In this document: piece after piece, positions 1-8,736 of the stretch
How the letters are laid out: each line of letters starts with the position of its first letter
Numbering within the stretch: position 1 is the first letter of the stretch
Assembly (NCBI RefSeq): GCF_008065095.1
Contig: NZ_CP042911.1
Coordinates: 3,840,001 to 3,872,000, forward strand
DNA: 32,000 bases
Origin: Gemmata obscuriglobus
GTDB lineage: Bacteria; Planctomycetota; Planctomycetia; Gemmatales; Gemmataceae
Direction of reading: 5' to 3'
The notes under the pieces: generated by a model
What the model saw: the letters and a program-made list of their open reading frames with translations, nothing else
Databases searched by the model: none
What the model was told of the DNA's origin: nothing
Made by a program: the position numbers and the translations under genes

Positions 1-1
1 T

Positions 2-1075
2 CGCGATGTCGTCGTCATCGACCTCGGGAACAAAGTGGGGCTGCTCCCGAAAGACGCCAGCACCTTCTCGGAAATCGAACTGACCGACGGTTCGACGTTC
101 CGCGTCGCCAAGTTCGCGCTCAAAGACAAGGCGTTCGCGGTCGATCAGTTCCCGGCCCCGGCGGGTGTCGGGTTGCCGAAATTGGATATCCCGGTTTCGG
201 CCGTGTTCTCGGCGATGAAGCGGGCCGACGACCAGAAGGTGCGGGACAACTGGAAGAAGATGCTGGGCACCCGGGGCAAACGGGACCTTTACGTGATCGC
301 CCAGGAGACCGGGTTCACGTTCATCCAGGGCACAGTGCTCGGCGGCGGTGCGGACGAGAAGGGGCGCCCGGTCGTGAACTTCGAGAAGGAGGCCGGGGGT
401 AAGGAAGACCTTTTGCTCACCCGGTCGGCGGGGCTCGTGTTCCACCAGCCGCAGCCCGCCTCGATACCCGCGACACTGTGCAAAGTGACCGACGTGTTCG
501 GTCACTCGCTCACCGCGGCCAACATCGCCCTCACGCCGGACGGCGTCACGGTGACCACCGTGGCAGGCGTGAAGGTGACGTACCCCTCGACGGCCGCGCT
601 GGTGCGGTTCGACTACGCGCTCGGGAACGTTGCGTATTTGTCGGACCTCGACCCGCAGCTCGAGGTGCCCGAACTCGCGCCGGAAGAAAAGGGCAAGCGC
701 CTCAACCAGCCCGCGGCGTACCTTAAAGATCGCTCCTTCGCCAACGAGGCGATCAAGCTCGACAACCAGACCTTCCCGAAGGGTGTCGTGCTGGCGCCGG
801 ACACGGTTGCCACGTTCAACCTCAACGGCGACTACTCGCAGTTCAAGGCGACGGCCGGCATCGACGAGAACGGGGCGGACGCCTCCGCCGCCGCGCGGGT
901 CACGATCGAGGGCGACGGGCAGGTGCTCTTTTCCGAACTGCTGAAGCGAAAAGATAAGCCGAAGGGGTTGGTTTTGGCCGTGAAGGGCGTCAAACAGTTG
1001 CGGGTCATTGTCGAGACCGACACGCCGCTGAACGGGAACTACGTCACGCTCGCGGACGCCCGTGTTCAGAAGTAA
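2..1075 (+). CDS. NPCBM/NEW2 domain-containing protein, 5' end outside the window
   Basis: The frame is open from nt 2; the listed ORF 35..1075 begins at an internal GTG. TAA at 1073-1075. The C-terminal ~150 aa fit the NPCBM/NEW2 carbohydrate-binding-module pattern (YLSDLDP, FPKGVVLAPDT, YSQFKATAGIDENG, LRVIVETD..GNYVTLADARV). Confidence 0.7.
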   Translation, partial: RDVVVIDLGNKVGLLPKDASTFSEIELTDGSTFRVAKFALKDKAFAVDQFPAPAGVGLPKLDIPVSAVFSAMKRADDQKVRDNWKKMLGTRGKRDLYVIAQETGFTFIQGTVLGGGADEKGRPVVNFEKEAGGKEDLLLTRSAGLVFHQPQPASIPATLCKVTDVFGHSLTAANIALTPDGVTVTTVAGVKVTYPSTAALVRFDYALGNVAYLSDLDPQLEVPELAPEEKGKRLNQPAAYLKDRSFANEAIKLDNQTFPKGVVLAPDTVATFNLNGDYSQFKATAGIDENGADASAAARVTIEGDGQVLFSELLKRKDKPKGLVLAVKGVKQLRVIVETDTPLNGNYVTLADARVQK

Positions 1076-1170
1076 CCGCGACGCGGTCGGGCGGCGGGCG
1101 CCGCGCCGGCCGGTTACGCTTTGAGCCCCACGCGGGGCAACCGTCTGGCAGGCAGGGGCTCGCGCCCCTG

Positions 1171-3015
1171 ATGGTTTTTCCGGGGCCGCACCACATGACC
1201 CGATTGCTCTCCGCGCTCCTGACCGCCCTCGCGGGGGCGGTTGTGTCCGTGTCGGTCGCGCCCGCCGCGCCGGTCGAGGTGGACCGGTCCGTCCTCGACG
1301 CGCAGAAGCAGCGCATCGCGGCCATCAAGAAGGTTCACCCGGCGGTCGTGGCGGTGTGCATGCCCGACGGCGGCGGGTGCGGGTCCGGGGTGCTGATCGA
1401 CCCCGAGGGGTACGCGCTTACCAACTTCCACGTCGTCCAGCCGACCGGGCCGTTCCCCACCGCTGGGCTCGCAGACGGTGTGCTCTATCAGGCCGTCGTG
1501 TGCGGCATCGACAAAGTCGGGGACGTGGCGCTCATCAAGCTCGTGCCGAAAGAGAAGGGCAAGCCGTTCCCCTTCGTCCAACTCGCCGACAGCGACAAGG
1601 TGAAGGCCGGCGACTGGTCGCTGGCGATGGGCAACCCGTTCTCGCTGGCGATGGATTTCACCCCCACGGTGACCTACGGCATCGTGAGTGGTGTGAACCG
1701 CTACCAGCCGCCCGAAGGGAAGGGGCTTCTGGAGTACACGGACTGCATCCAAATCGAGACATCGATCAACCCGGGCAACTCGGGCGGCCCGCTGTTCAAC
1801 ATGAACGGCGAACTGATCGGTATCAACGGCCGCGGGTCGTTCGAGAAGCGCGGCCGCGTGAACTCCGGGGTCGGCTACGCGATCTCGATCAACCAGATCA
1901 AGAACTTTATGGGGCACCTGCGGGCGGGGATCGACTCCGACCACGCCACCCTCGGCGCCTCGGTCGGCTCCGGGAGCGACGAAGGGCAGCTCCCGGCGAT
2001 GGTGGTCAAGCAGATCCTGGAGGAGAGCGACGCGGCGCGGCGCGGGATCGAGAACGGCGATCAGTTGCTGGACTTCGGGTTCGGCCGCCCGATGACCAGC
2101 GTGAACGCGTACAAAAACGCCCTGGGCATCTACCCCAAGGAGTGGCGCGTCCCGCTCACGGTCCGACGCAACAACACGACCCAGGAGTACCTGGTGCGGC
2201 TGATGGGCAACCAGGAGAAGGAGCGGGAGCAGCCGCCGGGGGCGGGCGGGCCGCCGATGCCGCCGCAACCGGCCCCGCGGCCCGCGGCCCCCGCGCCCAA
2301 GGGCGGAGACGCGACCACCGCCGGCATGTACGTGGCGAAGCCGGGCTACTCCAACTGGTACTTCAACGCCCTCGAACGCGATAAGGTGCTGGCGGCCTTC
2401 AAAAAGCAGGCGGGCGATTTCTCGGCGGTGCCGAACTCGCTGCTGATCGAGGGCGCGTTCAAAATGCCCGACCGAGAAGGGCCGATGCGGGCCGAGGTGG
2501 TCGAGGCGAAGGACGGGGCGAAAATCGCTCTCAAGCTGAACATCGAGACCACCCTGGAGCCGCTGAAGCAAAGCGACCTCACGCAGCAGAAGATGCCGCT
2601 CGGGAGCGGCGGGCTGATGATGGCGCTGTACCACTACCACCGGTTCCTGGCGCTCGGCGAGAAGGGGTTCGAGGGGCTGTTCGCGCACGGGGGTAACGAG
2701 CCGTTCTACCCGTACCCGGTGGACGGGAGCGTTCCGAAGTCGCTCGCGGCGCTGCGGGTCGACTGCGCGGTGCTCCTGACCAAGCACGGATCGGTTGACG
2801 GCAAGTGGTACTTCTCCCTCAAGGACCACACGCTCTTGGGCTTGGAGTGCTACGTTGCGAAGGACTCGAAGGACGGGCTCGAAGCCGACCCGTGCGAACT
2901 GTACTTCTCGAGTTACAAAGACTTCGACGGGCGGAAGCTCCCGACCCGCATTGAGGTCCGCTCCAGCGACAAGCGGTATGCGGTACTCGAGACCGCGAAG
3001 TGGACACTCAAGTAG
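1171..3015 (+). CDS. HtrA/DegP-like (S1C) trypsin-fold serine protease with a PDZ-like segment and a ~240-aa C-terminal extension; predicted active
   Basis: ATG at 1171; an alternative ATG at 1195 gives the signal peptide MTRLLSALLTALAGA. Triad motifs are intact: ALTNFHVV (His), GDVALIKL (Asp), GNSGGPLF (Ser). TAG at 3013-3015. Confidence 0.85.
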   Translation: MVFPGPHHMTRLLSALLTALAGAVVSVSVAPAAPVEVDRSVLDAQKQRIAAIKKVHPAVVAVCMPDGGGCGSGVLIDPEGYALTNFHVVQPTGPFPTAGLADGVLYQAVVCGIDKVGDVALIKLVPKEKGKPFPFVQLADSDKVKAGDWSLAMGNPFSLAMDFTPTVTYGIVSGVNRYQPPEGKGLLEYTDCIQIETSINPGNSGGPLFNMNGELIGINGRGSFEKRGRVNSGVGYAISINQIKNFMGHLRAGIDSDHATLGASVGSGSDEGQLPAMVVKQILEESDAARRGIENGDQLLDFGFGRPMTSVNAYKNALGIYPKEWRVPLTVRRNNTTQEYLVRLMGNQEKEREQPPGAGGPPMPPQPAPRPAAPAPKGGDATTAGMYVAKPGYSNWYFNALERDKVLAAFKKQAGDFSAVPNSLLIEGAFKMPDREGPMRAEVVEAKDGAKIALKLNIETTLEPLKQSDLTQQKMPLGSGGLMMALYHYHRFLALGEKGFEGLFAHGGNEPFYPYPVDGSVPKSLAALRVDCAVLLTKHGSVDGKWYFSLKDHTLLGLECYVAKDSKDGLEADPCELYFSSYKDFDGRKLPTRIEVRSSDKRYAVLETAKWTLK

Positions 3016-3133
3016 GCGGTAGCGGGCGACGGGCTCGCACGGGGCCGCGCCTCGTGCGGGTGTCGCCTTCATGCCGTGATTGGTTGGTACGAACGCACTC
3101 CGGCCCTGCTCGCCACAAGCACGACGATCACCC

Positions 3134-4321
3134 ATGCTCACGCGATACTCAGCACTGCTTGCCGTTGTGACGGTTTTCGCGGCGCCGGCGGCCGGTCGGG
3201 CGGCCGATCCGTTCGCCGAGACCGTGGACAAGGCCAACCGGAAGCTCGTGAAGATCTTCGGGGCCGGCGGGTTCCAGCGGCTCAACAACTACGGCACCGG
3301 GATCGTCATCAGCAGCGAGGGCCACATCCTCACCGTCGCGAGCCAACTGCTCGACACGTCGGACCTGGTGGTCCACATGCACGACGGGCAGCGGCTCCGA
3401 GCGCAGGTGGTCGCGACCGAACCGCTGCTCGACGCCGCGCTCATCAAGATCAAGGTCGAGGGCAAGAAGATCGACGAGCCCAACGGGCTGAACCTCGGCG
3501 AGAAGGAGTACTTCAACTTCGAGGAGGCGGTGAAGCGCGGCCCGGCGGCCCCGGGTGACTGGGTGCTGGCGCTGAGCAACACGTTCGAGATCGCGCTCCG
3601 CGAGGAGTCGCTCAGCGCGCAGCGCGGCGTGATCTCGGCGTACACGAAAATGGCCGGCCGCCGCGGCATCTTCGAGTTCCCGTACACCGGCGAGGTGTAC
3701 GTTGTGGACGCGATCACCAACAACCCCGGCGCCGCCGGCGGCGCGCTGCTCACCCGCAAGGGCGAACTGATCGGCATCATCGGCCGGGAGATCAAGAACA
3801 CGCTCACCGAGACCTGGATGAACTACGCCATCCCGATCACCGGGAAGGTCGAGTTCCGGGACCGGGTCACGGTCAAGGACAAGGACGGCAAGGACGTTGA
3901 GGAAGAGAAGACGGTCGCGGTCACGATCCCGGACTTCGTCCGGGCCGCGATGAAAGGCGAGTACAAGACGCGCAAGCGGCCGGACATCGCCGCGGGGCAG
4001 GGCGGGTATCACGGCATCGTGTTCGTGCCCAACGTGCTCGAGCGCACGCCGGCGTTCGTCGAGGACGTGGTGCCCGGGTCGCCGGCGGACAAGGCCGGGT
4101 TGCGGCCCGACGACCTCGTCAGCTTCATTGACGGCGAACCAGTGGTCAGCATCAAGGCGTTCGGCGACTTCATGCGCAAGAACACCCGCGCCGGTACCGT
4201 CGTGCGGCTCGAGGTGCGCCGCGGAGAGGCGCTCCAGACGATCGAAATGACGCTCGGGCAGCACCCGGCCAAGCCGAAGGCCCCGACCACCCCGGCGCCC
4301 CCGCCTGCTAACAAGAAGTGA
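3134..4321 (+). CDS. HtrA-like protein with C-terminal PDZ domain; predicted catalytically inactive (His->Ser, Ser->Ala)
   Basis: ATG at 3134 gives the signal peptide MLTRYSALLAVVTVFAAPAAG; the listed start at 3080 is a TTG. The HtrA layout is kept (GTGIVISSEGHILT, DAALIKI, GELIGIIG), but the His motif reads TVASQLL and the Ser motif reads NPGAAGGALL. PDZ segment: VVPGSPADKAGLRPDDLVSFIDGEPV. Confidence 0.8.
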   Translation: MLTRYSALLAVVTVFAAPAAGRAADPFAETVDKANRKLVKIFGAGGFQRLNNYGTGIVISSEGHILTVASQLLDTSDLVVHMHDGQRLRAQVVATEPLLDAALIKIKVEGKKIDEPNGLNLGEKEYFNFEEAVKRGPAAPGDWVLALSNTFEIALREESLSAQRGVISAYTKMAGRRGIFEFPYTGEVYVVDAITNNPGAAGGALLTRKGELIGIIGREIKNTLTETWMNYAIPITGKVEFRDRVTVKDKDGKDVEEEKTVAVTIPDFVRAAMKGEYKTRKRPDIAAGQGGYHGIVFVPNVLERTPAFVEDVVPGSPADKAGLRPDDLVSFIDGEPVVSIKAFGDFMRKNTRAGTVVRLEVRRGEALQTIEMTLGQHPAKPKAPTTPAPPPANKK

Positions 4322-4368
4322 ACCGGCCGGCGCGAACCGCAACTGGAAGCCACACGGGAAAGATACCG

Positions 4369-6594
4369 ATGACGCACCTGGCCCTTGACCGCGCGCGCCT
4401 GTGGGTGGCGCTGGCGGTACTCGCCGTGGCCGCAACGGCGGCCGTCGCGCAACCCGCCGCTGATGTAAACGAGGCGACCGAGAAGGCCATGAAGGCGGCC
4501 GTGGCGAAGGTTGCGCCGGCCGTCGTGCAGGTCACCATGTCCGGGGGCACCGACTTCTTCAAGGAGCAACCGAAGAACGGGCCGCCCGGCGCCCGCCCGG
4601 CGCCGGGCATGCGCAAGGGCACCGGCCCGACCACTGGGCTGATCGTGTCCCCGCAGGGGCACGTCATCACCAGCAGCTTCAACTTCGTGGGCAACAACCT
4701 TGCGGACGCGAAGCAGATCACCGCCTGTGAGGTCGCGATCCCGGGCAAGGACCGTCGGTTCGTGTACCACGTGATCGGGCGGGACGAGACCCGAATGCTC
4801 ACACTCCTGGCGCCCGCGGACAAAACCAAAGCCCCCACGGGACTGACGCCGGCTCAACCGCTGCCGAAGGCGGACGTGGAGATCGGCCAGTGGGCGCTGG
4901 CGCTCGGTCGTGCGCTCGACACGAACGTGGAGAGCTTGCCCGCGATGAGCGTCGGCATCGTCAGCGCGACGAACCGAATTTGGGGCAAGGCGATTCAGAC
5001 CGACGCCAAAGCCTCACCGGTCAACTACGGCGGGCCGCTCGTGAGCGTGGACGGGCGGGTTTACGGCGTCGTCGTTCCCGCGTCGAGCCGGGCCGAAGGC
5101 GAGACCGCCGGCGTGGACGTGTACGACGGCGGCATTGGTTTCGCCGTGCCGCTGGAAGACGTTCTCAAGGTCCTGCCCAAACTGCAACAAGGTACCGGTG
5201 AGAAACCGGTCGTTCTGCGCCGCGGGCTGCTCGGAATCACGCAACAGGGCACCGGGATGTACATCCCGCCGGTCGTCGGGTCCGTTCAGCCCGATTCGGC
5301 CGCCGCCCGCGCCGGGATCAAGGTGGGCGACACCATCACCGAAATCAACGGGACGAAGGTGCCGACGTATTCCACCCTCCAGCACGTGATGGGGCCGCTC
5401 TACGAAGACGACGTGATCTCGCTGAAGGTCTCACGTGGCGGTAAGGACGTTGAATTTAAAGGCGTTAAGTTGCTCGGTACGAGTGCCGCGTTCGTGAGCG
5501 CGTACTTCGGCGTGCTGCCGATGCGCGACGATCCGGGACCGGGGGTTGAGGTCCGCTTCGTGTACCCCAAGAGCCCCGCCGACACCGCGGGCATTAAGGC
5601 CGGCGACCGGATCATGAAGTTCGGCCCCGGCACACCGGTACCGGTCCAGAACCGCCAAGCTCTCATGCAGGTGGCGCAGCGCCTCACGCCCGGCACCGAG
5701 GTGAAGGTCGAGGTGAAGCGTAAGGAAGGCGGGAAGGTCGAAACGCTCACCACCACGCTCACCCCGGCTCCGAACGAGGTGCCTGAGAAATTGCCGCTGC
5801 CCTCCAGCGCGGGGAAAGCCCTCGAAGGGCAGCCGAAACCGAAGGAGAACCCGAAGGATCCGTTCCCCAAAAAGGACCCGTTCGGCAAGGCACCGTTCTC
5901 GGACGTGCGCGCGGAGACACAAGACGAGAAGAAGGACGACCCGAAGAAGGACAAGCCGAAGGTCGAAACCGGCTTCCTGACCCGCAACGACCAGGCTCTC
6001 GGGCGCGAATACTGGCTATACGTGCCGGACAATTACGACGCAAACGTGTCGCACGGGTTGGTCGTGTGGTTCCACCCCGCCGGGCAGGGAGGGAAGGATG
6101 GTGAGAAGATGTCCACGACGTTCCGCAACTTTGCCGAGGACAATCACTTCATCGTGATGGGGCCGAAGGCCGGCGCCGAGGCCGGCTGGCGCCCGGGCGA
6201 GACGGAACTCGTCGTGAACGATGTGAAGGCCGTGATGGGGGAGTACACGATTGACAAAACCCGCGTGGTGGCCCACGGGTTGGGGAACGGCGGTGAGATG
6301 GCGTTCTACGTCGGGTTCAACGCGCGCGACCTGTTCCGCGGTGTCGCCCCGGTCGGCGCCGCGCTCGGCAACCCGCCCAAAGACAACATCCCCAACCAGC
6401 CGCTGTCGTTCTTTATAACCGCTGGTGACAAGGACCCGCTGCTGAAGGACATCCAGGCCAGCCAAAAATTGCTGGCCGAGCAGAAGCGGTTCCCAGTGAT
6501 CTTTCGCGAGATGAAGGAGTCGGGCAAGGAGTACTACGACCAGCGCACGTTCACCGATTTCCTGAACTGGCTCGACTCGCTCGACCGGATCTAA
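4369..6594 (+). CDS. Multidomain secreted protein: degenerate HtrA-like domain, two PDZ domains, a Lys/Pro-rich linker and an esterase-like alpha/beta-hydrolase domain lacking the Ser nucleophile
   Basis: ATG at 4369 gives MTHLALDRARLWVALAVLAVAATAAVA. An alternative GTG at 4318 overlaps the upstream TGA (GTGA). The protease-like motifs are degenerate (TSSFNFV, VNYGGPLV). PDZ segments: DSAAARAGIKVGDTITEING and KSPADTAGIKAGDRIMKFG. C-terminal esterase-like motifs: HGLVVWFHPAGQGG and VVAHGLGNGGEMAFYVG. TAA at 6592-6594. Confidence 0.8.
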   Translation: MTHLALDRARLWVALAVLAVAATAAVAQPAADVNEATEKAMKAAVAKVAPAVVQVTMSGGTDFFKEQPKNGPPGARPAPGMRKGTGPTTGLIVSPQGHVITSSFNFVGNNLADAKQITACEVAIPGKDRRFVYHVIGRDETRMLTLLAPADKTKAPTGLTPAQPLPKADVEIGQWALALGRALDTNVESLPAMSVGIVSATNRIWGKAIQTDAKASPVNYGGPLVSVDGRVYGVVVPASSRAEGETAGVDVYDGGIGFAVPLEDVLKVLPKLQQGTGEKPVVLRRGLLGITQQGTGMYIPPVVGSVQPDSAAARAGIKVGDTITEINGTKVPTYSTLQHVMGPLYEDDVISLKVSRGGKDVEFKGVKLLGTSAAFVSAYFGVLPMRDDPGPGVEVRFVYPKSPADTAGIKAGDRIMKFGPGTPVPVQNRQALMQVAQRLTPGTEVKVEVKRKEGGKVETLTTTLTPAPNEVPEKLPLPSSAGKALEGQPKPKENPKDPFPKKDPFGKAPFSDVRAETQDEKKDDPKKDKPKVETGFLTRNDQALGREYWLYVPDNYDANVSHGLVVWFHPAGQGGKDGEKMSTTFRNFAEDNHFIVMGPKAGAEAGWRPGETELVVNDVKAVMGEYTIDKTRVVAHGLGNGGEMAFYVGFNARDLFRGVAPVGAALGNPPKDNIPNQPLSFFITAGDKDPLLKDIQASQKLLAEQKRFPVIFREMKESGKEYYDQRTFTDFLNWLDSLDRI

Positions 6595-6601
6595 CGCGGT
6601 C

Positions 6602-6701
6602 GGATGTCCTCCAGCGGTCCGGCCCCAGGTCGTAACGTCGAAGACCATCCTGAGAAGGTCTTCGACGTTACGACCTGGGGCCGGACCGCTGGAGGACATC
6701 C
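6602..6701. repeat. Perfect 45-bp inverted repeat (hairpin with 10-nt loop) between convergent genes; possible bidirectional terminator or palindromic element
   Basis: 6602-6646 (GGATGTCCTCCAGCGGTCCGGCCCCAGGTCGTAACGTCGAAGACC) is the exact reverse complement of 6657-6701. The loop is ATCCTGAGAA. It lies 7 nt from each flanking stop codon. Confidence 0.95.
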
Positions 6702-6708
6702 ACCAGTG

Positions 6709-7344
6709 TCACTTCAGTTCAACGTTCCAGTAGGCGTTGTCGATGAACGACTGCCACGACTGGTACTTCTTCTGAGTCAGCTTGAGGTTCAACAGCGGGC
6801 TGCGCTTCGGCTTCTCCGGCTTGCGGATCAGCGTCATGTTGGCCTGACGCGGGGTCCGTCCGCCCTTGCGAACGTTGCAGTCCACGCAGGCGCAGACGAT
6901 ATTGTCCCAGGTGGTCCCTCCACCTTGCGAGCGCGGGGTCACGTGGTCCAGCGACAGTTCCGTGGTCGGGAACTTCTTCCCGCAGTACTGGCACTGGTTG
7001 TGGTCGCGGGCGAAGATATTCCGCCTGTTGAACTTCACCGTCTGCTTGGGCATCTTGTCGTAGCCGAGCAACCGGACGACCCGCGGCGACAGCAGCTCCG
7101 AACTCGCGGTGCGGACCCAGTCGTCGTCCTCCTGGCGGAAGTTGGCGGCCCGGAACGCGCTAAGCTCCGACCACGACTCGAAACTGTATGTCGCGAACTG
7201 CCCCTCCTCCATGCTGACCACTTCGGCCAAGTTCTTGCACAACAGGCAGAACGCTCGACGGACGGAGATGACGTGTACGGCCATGAACGTCTTGTTCAGC
7301 ACCAACACGCTCGAGTCAAGGGCCGAGTACGAGCCGACATTCAT
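6709..7344 (-). CDS. HNH endonuclease (widely conserved ~200-aa standalone family)
   Basis: ATG at 7344 (MNVGSYSALDSSVLVLNKTF); the listed start at 7395 is a TTG. HNH core: CQYCGKKFPTTELSLDHVTPRSQGGGTTWDNIVCACVDCNVRKGGRTP. Confidence 0.85.
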   Translation of the reverse strand: MNVGSYSALDSSVLVLNKTFMAVHVISVRRAFCLLCKNLAEVVSMEEGQFATYSFESWSELSAFRAANFRQEDDDWVRTASSELLSPRVVRLLGYDKMPKQTVKFNRRNIFARDHNQCQYCGKKFPTTELSLDHVTPRSQGGGTTWDNIVCACVDCNVRKGGRTPRQANMTLIRKPEKPKRSPLLNLKLTQKKYQSWQSFIDNAYWNVELK

Positions 7345-7578
7345 AGCGGTCCGGCCTTTCTCAGTTAGGTGCGGCCCGGCGTCGGCGAAGGGCAACGACC
7401 GCGGGGGCCACTCGTCAAGAGGAGAGGCGCGAGCGGGCGAACAGGTTCGTCCCCAGGGACATCATAACCGCACGTTTTGACGCCGTGCAAGTGCCGACAA
7501 GCCCGGTTCGTCGCCGGTTTCACACAGACTTCACCGGGTGACGGACCAGCCGGTACGAGCGCAAAAATCGGACGCTCT

Positions 7579-8736
7579 TTAGGGCCGACACACGTGCCTG
7601 GCGAGTCGGGCGGTCGATTCGGTAAGTTCACTGTCGGTGCCGACGACCCGGAGGCGGTAGCGGGTCACCCGGACGAGCCCGTTCGGCGTGGCGAACGTCG
7701 CGCGGCCGTCGGTGCGCCCCGGGTACACCAGACCCACCCGCGGCGCACCGGTCAGCCCGGCGTAAGCCAGCACTTGGTGAAGGTCGGCCGGGTCGAGAGC
7801 CGTCGTCTTCCATTTGGCGTCGAGTACGCCGCGCGCGACGGCACGCTTACGGACCAGCACGTCGGGGCGCAGGGTCACCGGTCCGAGTGCGAACGCGGGG
7901 TGTGCGTCAACAGACCACCCAGGGCGATCCGCCAGCTCGCGCCGCAGCGAGCGAAAAAGGTACCGCTCGAACGCTTGGCCCAGATCGAGCAGGAACGCGT
8001 CCGAACCGGTTCGGAGCGGGTCGGCAACTGAGAAGCCCTGTTGAATGATAGCGCAGAGGTCAAGCAGCGCGTGGTAGCCGACCGCGCGGGGCTCTGTCCG
8101 GGCCGCGCTGAAGTCGGCGTCGGTGCCGTGGACGTTCGGTACCTCGGCGAGCGGGCGGGCCGCTGTTTCGATGCGTTCGCGCGTCGCGCGGGGCACATCG
8201 GGATGTGTGCCGAGGGTCGTTGCAGCAGACCGGGCGATACGGTTCCACGGGGTGTTCAGGTCGAACGACGGTTCGTCGATGTGGAAGTGCCCGGGAAACG
8301 CCTGGCTCGCGGCGTCGCGCATTTGCGCGGCCGTCCGGAGCTTGCCGCGCAGGAACGGCGACACCGACTCGACCTCGCCATACCCTGCGACCAACCCGGC
8401 GCGCGCGACCGCTTCGAGTTGATCCGCAAAGGCCGTAGCCAGTGTGCCGAGCAGCCCACCTTCGGGGATGCGTGTGGTGCCTCCGGTTGGGTGAACGCCG
8501 GAACCGAGAAGGAACTGGAGGTTCGGCCACGGGATTTTCGGCCCGATGAGATAGCGCGCGGCCGGACCGGTGAAGAACCCGACGTAGCCGCGGGGGGTGA
8601 GCGTGTACGTACCGCGCTCGAAGGTGGGACTGATGTCGATCAAGTGCCGCGCGGGGCCGAGCAGGAAATCGACCTCGGCGCGCGGGAGCTTGACCGCGCG
8701 TGGTCGCCGTTCGGTCAGGGCGATCGTGCGCGTCAC
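7579..8736 (-). CDS. mcrC: McrC-like PD-(D/E)xK nuclease subunit of a McrBC-family system
   Basis: GTG at 8736 overlaps the upstream TGA (GTGA), with GAGGAG 11 nt upstream; the listed start at 8784 is a TTG. McrC-type motifs: RGYVGFFTGPAARYLIGPKIPW, FLLDLGQAFERYLF, RPDVLV..GVLDAKWK, DLHQVLAYAG. Confidence 0.8.
   Translation of the reverse strand: MTRTIALTERRPRAVKLPRAEVDFLLGPARHLIDISPTFERGTYTLTPRGYVGFFTGPAARYLIGPKIPWPNLQFLLGSGVHPTGGTTRIPEGGLLGTLATAFADQLEAVARAGLVAGYGEVESVSPFLRGKLRTAAQMRDAASQAFPGHFHIDEPSFDLNTPWNRIARSAATTLGTHPDVPRATRERIETAARPLAEVPNVHGTDADFSAARTEPRAVGYHALLDLCAIIQQGFSVADPLRTGSDAFLLDLGQAFERYLFRSLRRELADRPGWSVDAHPAFALGPVTLRPDVLVRKRAVARGVLDAKWKTTALDPADLHQVLAYAGLTGAPRVGLVYPGRTDGRATFATPNGLVRVTRYRLRVVGTDSELTESTARLARHVCRP

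Noticed and set aside
1114-4435. Very long minus-strand ORFs (1114..3288, 724 aa; 3149..4435, 428 aa) antisense to the protease genes
   Set aside because: Their composition is dominated by Arg/Pro/Gly/Ala/His and they carry no motifs. They are typical high-GC shadow frames opposite genes with clear protease and PDZ motifs.
6709-7344. HNH endonuclease as a fourth component of the McrBC-like system
   Set aside because: It is separated from mcrC by a ~234-nt gap. It belongs to a widely conserved standalone ~200-aa HNH family (VLVLNKTF..., CQYCG...DHV.PRS.GG..W.N.V.AC..CN) and has noticeably lower GC3 than the McrBC genes. The adjacency is more likely coincidental, although synteny analysis could revive the idea.
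6016-7368. Twin ORFs on opposite strands that both start MSSSGPAPGRNVED (6604..7368 + and 6016..6699 -)
   Set aside because: The identical N-termini are a direct consequence of the 45-bp palindrome. The rest of each ORF is antisense to real genes (the HNH gene and the esterase-like domain).
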